64,000 bases of DNA from a virus, in IMG/VR virus record IMGVR_UViG_3300032294_003343, positions 64,001-128,000 of that record; one strand, 5' to 3'. The notes under the pieces are model-generated. The model was given only the letters and a program-made list of their open reading frames with translations, was not told the DNA's origin and made no database searches. Made by a program: the position numbers and the translations under genes. Each line of letters starts with the position of its first letter. Positions within the stretch are counted from its first letter, which is position 1. This document shows, one piece after another, positions 59,261-64,000 of this stretch.

Positions 59261-59803
59261 ATGAAAAAGGCACTCATTATTACTTGGGAAAAGTATCAAG
59301 ACCACGAACTAATTTATCCATATTATTCATTAAAAGAACATGGGTATGAAGTGACTTTGATGGCTAATCAAGTTGGAAAAATTTGGGGCAGCTTGGGAAC
59401 TCATATGCCTTGTGATGTTGAGACTAAAGTTTTTGAAGATGAAAATATTCGTCAAGAATTTTTAAAAGATTACGAAATTCTAGTAGTTCCTGGTGGTGTC
59501 AAAGCACTTGAAAAATTGCGACAAGAAAAGGGTGTTTTGGAATTTATTCGTCAGTGGAATTCACAAAATAAAACAATTTTCTGTATTTGCAATGGTGCTC
59601 AGTTATTAATTTCAGCAAAAATCTTAAATGGTAGAGTGATGTCTGGTTATTACTCTATTGATGTTGACATCGAAAATGCTGGTGCTACTTATGATAGAAG
59701 CCCAGTAGTAGTTGATGAAAATATCATTTCTTGCCCACATTATGACTTTATGGGCTTGTGGCTTAAGACTGCTTTTGAAGTACATGAAAACAGGAACATA
59801 TAG
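59261..59803 (+). CDS. DJ-1/PfpI family protein, 180 aa
   Basis: YQDHELIYPYY, VPGG...LR, ICNGAQLL (nucleophile elbow), VVVDENIIS. Confidence 0.88.
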   Translation: MKKALIITWEKYQDHELIYPYYSLKEHGYEVTLMANQVGKIWGSLGTHMPCDVETKVFEDENIRQEFLKDYEILVVPGGVKALEKLRQEKGVLEFIRQWNSQNKTIFCICNGAQLLISAKILNGRVMSGYYSIDVDIENAGATYDRSPVVVDENIISCPHYDFMGLWLKTAFEVHENRNI

Positions 59804-60458
59804 CAATAATATTGTCAAGAAACCTTGGGGTTATGAATATTTAGTATTTGAAAATTCCCAAGTGGCTTTATGGGCTTTATTTATTGCAAAAAATCACCAA
59901 ACATCAATGCACTGTCATCCCAATAAAACAACTGGGCTGATAGTGCTTGATGGAGCTTGTGAGATAAGTTTTTTTTCTAACTCTTTTGTTGTAGATGAGC
60001 TGGACAAAATTATGATTAGAAAAGGCTTATTTCATTCAACTAAATCAATAAGCGAAAATGGATCAGTAGTTTTTGAAATTGAAACACCAAATAACAAGCA
60101 AGATTTAGTTCGATTCGATGATTCTTATGGTAGAAAAGGTTTACCTTATGAGGGCAAAGAATTTGAACAACCCAAATCTGACAGTTGTTTGTGGATCAAT
60201 GAAGATTTTCAATTAAATTTTTCAAAATTTGCAAATTGTGAGTTAGAAATTCACACAGTTGATGATATTTCATTTTTTGACAATTACGATGATTCAGTCA
60301 ATTTTATATTTTTAAGTGGCGGTGTTATGACAAACTATGACGTAACACTTGTTAATCCTGGCGACATCATCAACAATATTATTGCAAAAAAAATTACTAG
60401 TATTTTTAAAAATATCATTCCAAATACAAAATTATTGATTATCAAAAAGGCAAAATAA
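59784..60458 (+). CDS. Cupin domain protein (mannose-6-phosphate isomerase-like; start revised from 59712)
   Basis: VKKPWGYEY, TSMHCHPNK, GLFHS, EIETP..KQDLVRFDDSYGR. The ATG at 59784 minimises overlap. Confidence 0.8.
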   Translation: MKTGTYSNNIVKKPWGYEYLVFENSQVALWALFIAKNHQTSMHCHPNKTTGLIVLDGACEISFFSNSFVVDELDKIMIRKGLFHSTKSISENGSVVFEIETPNNKQDLVRFDDSYGRKGLPYEGKEFEQPKSDSCLWINEDFQLNFSKFANCELEIHTVDDISFFDNYDDSVNFIFLSGGVMTNYDVTLVNPGDIINNIIAKKITSIFKNIIPNTKLLIIKKAK

Positions 60459-60484
60459 GCATATAATTATTTAGAGGTTTTAAT

Positions 60485-61405
60485 ATGTCTACTTATCCAG
60501 AAAGAAAACAAAGATTTGAAAATTTAAAAGAAGCATGGTCATTGAATCAATTGAATGATTTGATGTTACAATACAATCCTCCTCAAAATTTATTGTCTGA
60601 TTTCAAGTTTGCTGTAATGCTTTATATTTCAAAAGCATTTGATTTTGAATTTACAGCTGATGAAACTGAATTTATTAACAGGCTTGATAGCAAGAGATAT
60701 TTTAAGGATAATGTCACGCCAAATGGAGCTGTCGTTCCAAAAAAAGAATATCAATTAGAATTTAATATGGTCTTGAGGGCATGGTCTAAATTAGTTCAAA
60801 ATATGATATCAGGCCAACCAAGTTTACTTAATAAAATTAGAATGACACCTAATGTAAGAATTAAGTTTGGTGTTGAGCTTGAAGAAAATTATGGTAGGCC
60901 ATTAAATACTAGTATTCCACATTCTGATGCCTGGATTGATGGTCCTTGGGGAATAATTTGTTTCACACCATTGCTAGGCGATGTTGAAAACAACAATTTA
61001 TATCATTATAAGCCAAAAAATCCTGATCAATTTAACGATGATTGGTTAGCATTATCGCCAACTTTCGGAGATATGCAATGGGTTTTAGAGTATTACGAGC
61101 AATCTGATGAAATAACTCCAGTGAAAGGCAAAATTCATTTAGTTGATTATGCTCTTATTCACGAAACACATAGAAATGAAAATTGTGGAACAAGAATTTC
61201 TATCGACACTACTATTTATGTGGGAGATTATGATATTCACGAAGATCGACAATCTGAATATCTTGATGAAATGAAGATTTTTGGAGAAGATCTGTTTATT
61301 ACAACAAATAGATCAGTGCATGAAAATCAAATAGTAGATAAAAAAACTTCTTTTTCTCATTACACATCAGGTACGTTAAAAATCCATAATTGCAATGACA
61401 ACTGA
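60485..61405 (+). CDS. Putative Fe(II)/2-oxoglutarate dioxygenase-like protein, 306 aa
   Basis: PHSDAW (HxD)...LIHET (distal His)...RISID (R-x-S). TATAAT and GAGG upstream. Confidence 0.55.
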   Translation: MSTYPERKQRFENLKEAWSLNQLNDLMLQYNPPQNLLSDFKFAVMLYISKAFDFEFTADETEFINRLDSKRYFKDNVTPNGAVVPKKEYQLEFNMVLRAWSKLVQNMISGQPSLLNKIRMTPNVRIKFGVELEENYGRPLNTSIPHSDAWIDGPWGIICFTPLLGDVENNNLYHYKPKNPDQFNDDWLALSPTFGDMQWVLEYYEQSDEITPVKGKIHLVDYALIHETHRNENCGTRISIDTTIYVGDYDIHEDRQSEYLDEMKIFGEDLFITTNRSVHENQIVDKKTSFSHYTSGTLKIHNCNDN

Positions 61406-62228
61406 TTATCTTACAGATGTATTTACTAAAATTTCATTATGCAGACATTTTGAAAACGTAGTTTATGAAAAAATACAAGATAAATCTATAAGAGCACCAA
61501 CTTATTTATCAGCTGGTCAGGAAAGCATTCCATGTTCAATTGCCTCTTATCTTCAAGCTAAAAATATTGACCCGAATATTTTTATTCAGCATAGGGGGCA
61601 TTCAACTTATTTGGCTTTTGATGCTTCGCCTGAAAAGCTTGTTGATGAGTTGCTCGGCCTAGAATCAGGTTGCTCTTTTGGTATGGGTGGATCAGCATCA
61701 ATTCAATCATTTGAAAAAAATATTTTTGGACATGATGGTTTGATGGGTTCACAAGTGCCCATAGCTGTTGGTCATTGTTATGAAACTAGAAGTCCGACAA
61801 TTGTTTTTATGGGAGATGCTTCTGCCGAAGAAGACTATGTAGGATCTGCAATAGGTTGGGCATCTACTAAAAATTTACCCATACTTTTTATCGTTGAAGA
61901 TAATAATTTATCAATACTAACAGAGAAAAAAGTAAGAAGAAATTGGGCTATGCACGATTTGGCAATAGCCTACAAAATGAATGCTTATGATATCAGTGAT
62001 GATCCTACAATAATTGCTGAACATCTTAAGGACGTATTTAATGGGCCATTGTTATTAAATATAAGAACTGTCAGAAAGTATTGGCATGCTGGTGCTGGCA
62101 TAGATGGAGATTATTTTGATAGATATGAATGGCTCAAAAAAATTATGCCACTTGAAGTATTGAATATTGATGAAGAAAATAAAAATAGGGTAGAGGCATT
62201 ATGGCAATCACGCTTAGAGAAACTATAA
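61395..62228 (+). CDS. ThDP-dependent dehydrogenase E1 alpha-like subunit, 277 aa
   Basis: YLSAGQE, HRGH, GMGGS, MGDASAEE...VEDNN, HAG. Confidence 0.88.
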   Translation: MTTDYLTDVFTKISLCRHFENVVYEKIQDKSIRAPTYLSAGQESIPCSIASYLQAKNIDPNIFIQHRGHSTYLAFDASPEKLVDELLGLESGCSFGMGGSASIQSFEKNIFGHDGLMGSQVPIAVGHCYETRSPTIVFMGDASAEEDYVGSAIGWASTKNLPILFIVEDNNLSILTEKKVRRNWAMHDLAIAYKMNAYDISDDPTIIAEHLKDVFNGPLLLNIRTVRKYWHAGAGIDGDYFDRYEWLKKIMPLEVLNIDEENKNRVEALWQSRLEKL

Positions 62229-63112
62229 AATCTTTAGTCAAAAATCATTTGCTTGAAAAAAAGGGCAAAGTTTATGGGCAATGTTTATCAGCTGTTGGAT
62301 GGGTAGGCGGAACATTGCCAGAACTCTTTGAAGAAGATGGCATGGTTGATTTATCAATGGCTGATGTTGCTAATGGTGCAATAACTGTTGGTGCTGCACT
62401 TGCAAACACAAGACCAATTTATGTCGTCCGATATCAAGGATTTCAATGGTACAACTGTGTTTCAATATTAAATTACGCAGCTAAAAGTAAGGATATTTGG
62501 AAAAGATCTTGTCCTGTATTAGTGAGAAGTGTTGCTATGGAAGGTGCAATTGGACCAGTTGCAGGTTCATCTCATCACTCTTTATTTTATAGAATGCCAG
62601 GAATAAAAATTGTTTCTCCTATGACTCCAAATGAATACGAACATGCATACAATGAATTTATGAATGATGATGTTCCATATTATTTTTCAGAACATAGAAA
62701 AAGTTTTGATAATGACAAAGACTTAGAAAACATCATTTATGAAGACGCTGACGTTGTGCTGATTCCATTTTCAGTGACAAGATTTTCAGCTCAAAAAGCA
62801 TCTGAAATTTTATTCAATCAAGGTATTAAATGCAATGTCTTGCACCAATTGTGGATAAAGCCATTGAAGTTTGATGATAATTTTTATAAAAATGCTTCTA
62901 ACTGCAAATATGGTTGCATTGTGCTAGATGACGATTATACGTCAGGCATAATTGAATCTGTGGCATACAAATTAAGTAAAAAAATAAATAAGCCTATAGA
63001 ATGTATGGGTTTAGATGATAAAACTGCTGGTTTTGCTAAAGAACATGATAATTTGCCTCCAGATGAACATCAAATAGTAAAAAAAGTGATTGAAATGATT
63101 GGTAAAAGATAA
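62201..63112 (+). CDS. E1 beta / transketolase C-terminal-like subunit, 303 aa
   Basis: VGAALANTRPI, GPVAGSSH, MPGIKIVSPMTP, EHR, WIKPL. Confidence 0.85.
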   Translation: MAITLRETIKSLVKNHLLEKKGKVYGQCLSAVGWVGGTLPELFEEDGMVDLSMADVANGAITVGAALANTRPIYVVRYQGFQWYNCVSILNYAAKSKDIWKRSCPVLVRSVAMEGAIGPVAGSSHHSLFYRMPGIKIVSPMTPNEYEHAYNEFMNDDVPYYFSEHRKSFDNDKDLENIIYEDADVVLIPFSVTRFSAQKASEILFNQGIKCNVLHQLWIKPLKFDDNFYKNASNCKYGCIVLDDDYTSGIIESVAYKLSKKINKPIECMGLDDKTAGFAKEHDNLPPDEHQIVKKVIEMIGKR

Positions 63113-63121
63113 AATAAAGTT

Positions 63122-64000
63122 ATGAAAATATTAATTATTACCACAAAATGGGCTGCTGGTACAATGAAAAATGTATATTGTGCTACGCATAGATCTTTAG
63201 TTAGACCAGCTCAAGAGTTATTTAAGAATAATCCAGATGTAGATTTAGCAATCGAATATATCGAAGTAAATGAAATTTGGTCTGCAAAGCAGTTAAATGA
63301 GAGATTGCTCAGAAATGACTTTGATATTTGTGTTTTTTCGCCTTTTGAGAGCATAGTTCCATCTTTAGATACTACAAAAAAACTTGGTAAAAAATTGTTC
63401 ATTTGTGTATGGGATCAACTCAATGGAGCAACAAATAACAGAGCAGTTAACATGCGATTGTTCTTAAAAAATCCATACAATAATGGTGTTGTCAATTTTG
63501 AACATTCTATGTGTGCATACTCGCAATATTGCAACATTTTAGTAGGCGGAAACTTATATGGACAAAAGTTTCCTAATATTTACGCAGTTTACGAACCCAT
63601 GGATACTACCGTTTTGTATCCTGTGCCAGAAGAAGAAAAATCACATGAATTAGCTTTCATTGGATCACTTTATGAATTTGAAAGACAGTGGTTTGTCAAT
63701 AAACTTTTAGAGAAAAAATTTCCATTGCATGTGCTAGGTGGCAAAGGTGAATCAGAACAAAAACTCTCTTATAATGATTGGGCAAAGGTTAATAGAGAAA
63801 CAAAAATCTCACTGAATTTCAATGGTAATTTTTGCATGGGCTGCCTTAAAGGAAGAGTGTGGGAAATTGCTGCTTGCAACAATCTTATGATAGCAACTAT
63901 ACCTGATGTATACAAATTTCCCAATGGATCATGGTTTACAGAGGATGTTCACTATGTAAGTATTGATAAAGTCAATTACTTAGATAAGATTAGATATTAC
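63122..64000 (+). CDS. Partial CgeB-like glycosyltransferase, paralog of 56698-57717
   Basis: Not in the ORF track (runs off the window's right edge). Hand translation MKILIITTKW...NDFDICVF...LDTTKKLGKKLFICVWD...FIGSLYEFER...TKISLNF...KGRVWEIAAC...DKIRY, open to 64000. Confidence 0.85.
   Translation, partial: MKILIITTKWAAGTMKNVYCATHRSLVRPAQELFKNNPDVDLAIEYIEVNEIWSAKQLNERLLRNDFDICVFSPFESIVPSLDTTKKLGKKLFICVWDQLNGATNNRAVNMRLFLKNPYNNGVVNFEHSMCAYSQYCNILVGGNLYGQKFPNIYAVYEPMDTTVLYPVPEEEKSHELAFIGSLYEFERQWFVNKLLEKKFPLHVLGGKGESEQKLSYNDWAKVNRETKISLNFNGNFCMGCLKGRVWEIAACNNLMIATIPDVYKFPNGSWFTEDVHYVSIDKVNYLDKIRYY

Noticed and set aside
31315-63402. Short shadow ORFs in the right half (e.g. 33307-33636, 34784-35086, 40948-41268, 57988-58239, 63211-63402)
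   Set aside because: They overlap well-supported genes and have no domain signatures.
1-64000. Stop-codon reassignment as seen in some large phages
   Set aside because: Code 11 gives near-complete coding density, and TAA, TAG and TGA all end genes at sensible boundaries.
1-64000. CRISPR arrays, tRNA/rRNA, integrase/transposase, DGR reverse transcriptase, inteins
   Set aside because: None recognised by eye; intergenic gaps are all under ~160 bp. A dedicated scan was not possible.

Overview
AT-rich (roughly 30% GC by eye), gene-dense window read cleanly in genetic code 11. It looks like part of a very large tailed-phage (jumbo/huge phage) genome. No capsid, terminase or sheath gene is recognisable, so a prophage or phage-derived tail machine cannot be excluded. 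Positions 1-48035 form a virion morphogenesis region in two divergent arms that meet at an overlapping promoter (~30855-30890) flanked by two small zinc-ribbon genes. The leftward arm encodes helical proteins with a recurring K-x-A-Q-like motif, a 1294-aa Asn/Ile/Lys low-complexity protein, a 3472-aa adhesin-like protein (14 PKD domains plus RCC1 repeats), a baseplate-hub-like protein and several fibre/beta-propeller proteins. The rightward arm encodes neck/head-tail joining proteins (including a Mu gp36/DUF1320-like protein), an apparently inactive PHP-fold protein, large beta-rich proteins (one with PA14), two paralogous tail-tube-like proteins and chaperone-like genes. Positions 48032-64000 hold at least 17 contiguous genes, mostly nucleotide-sugar/glycan genes: RmlB, two other SDR epimerases, NeuB, a YerE/ALS-like ThDP enzyme, an E1 alpha/beta pair, a B12 radical SAM enzyme, two methyltransferases, cupin, DJ-1/PfpI, a 2OG-Fe(II)-like protein and three glycosyltransferases. 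This suggests a virus-encoded pathway for an unusual, probably branched or nonulosonate-containing glycan. Many genes appear leaderless (TAnnAT exactly 6 nt before ATG) or translationally coupled (TAATG/ATGA). All product calls come from motif recognition by eye, not database searches.
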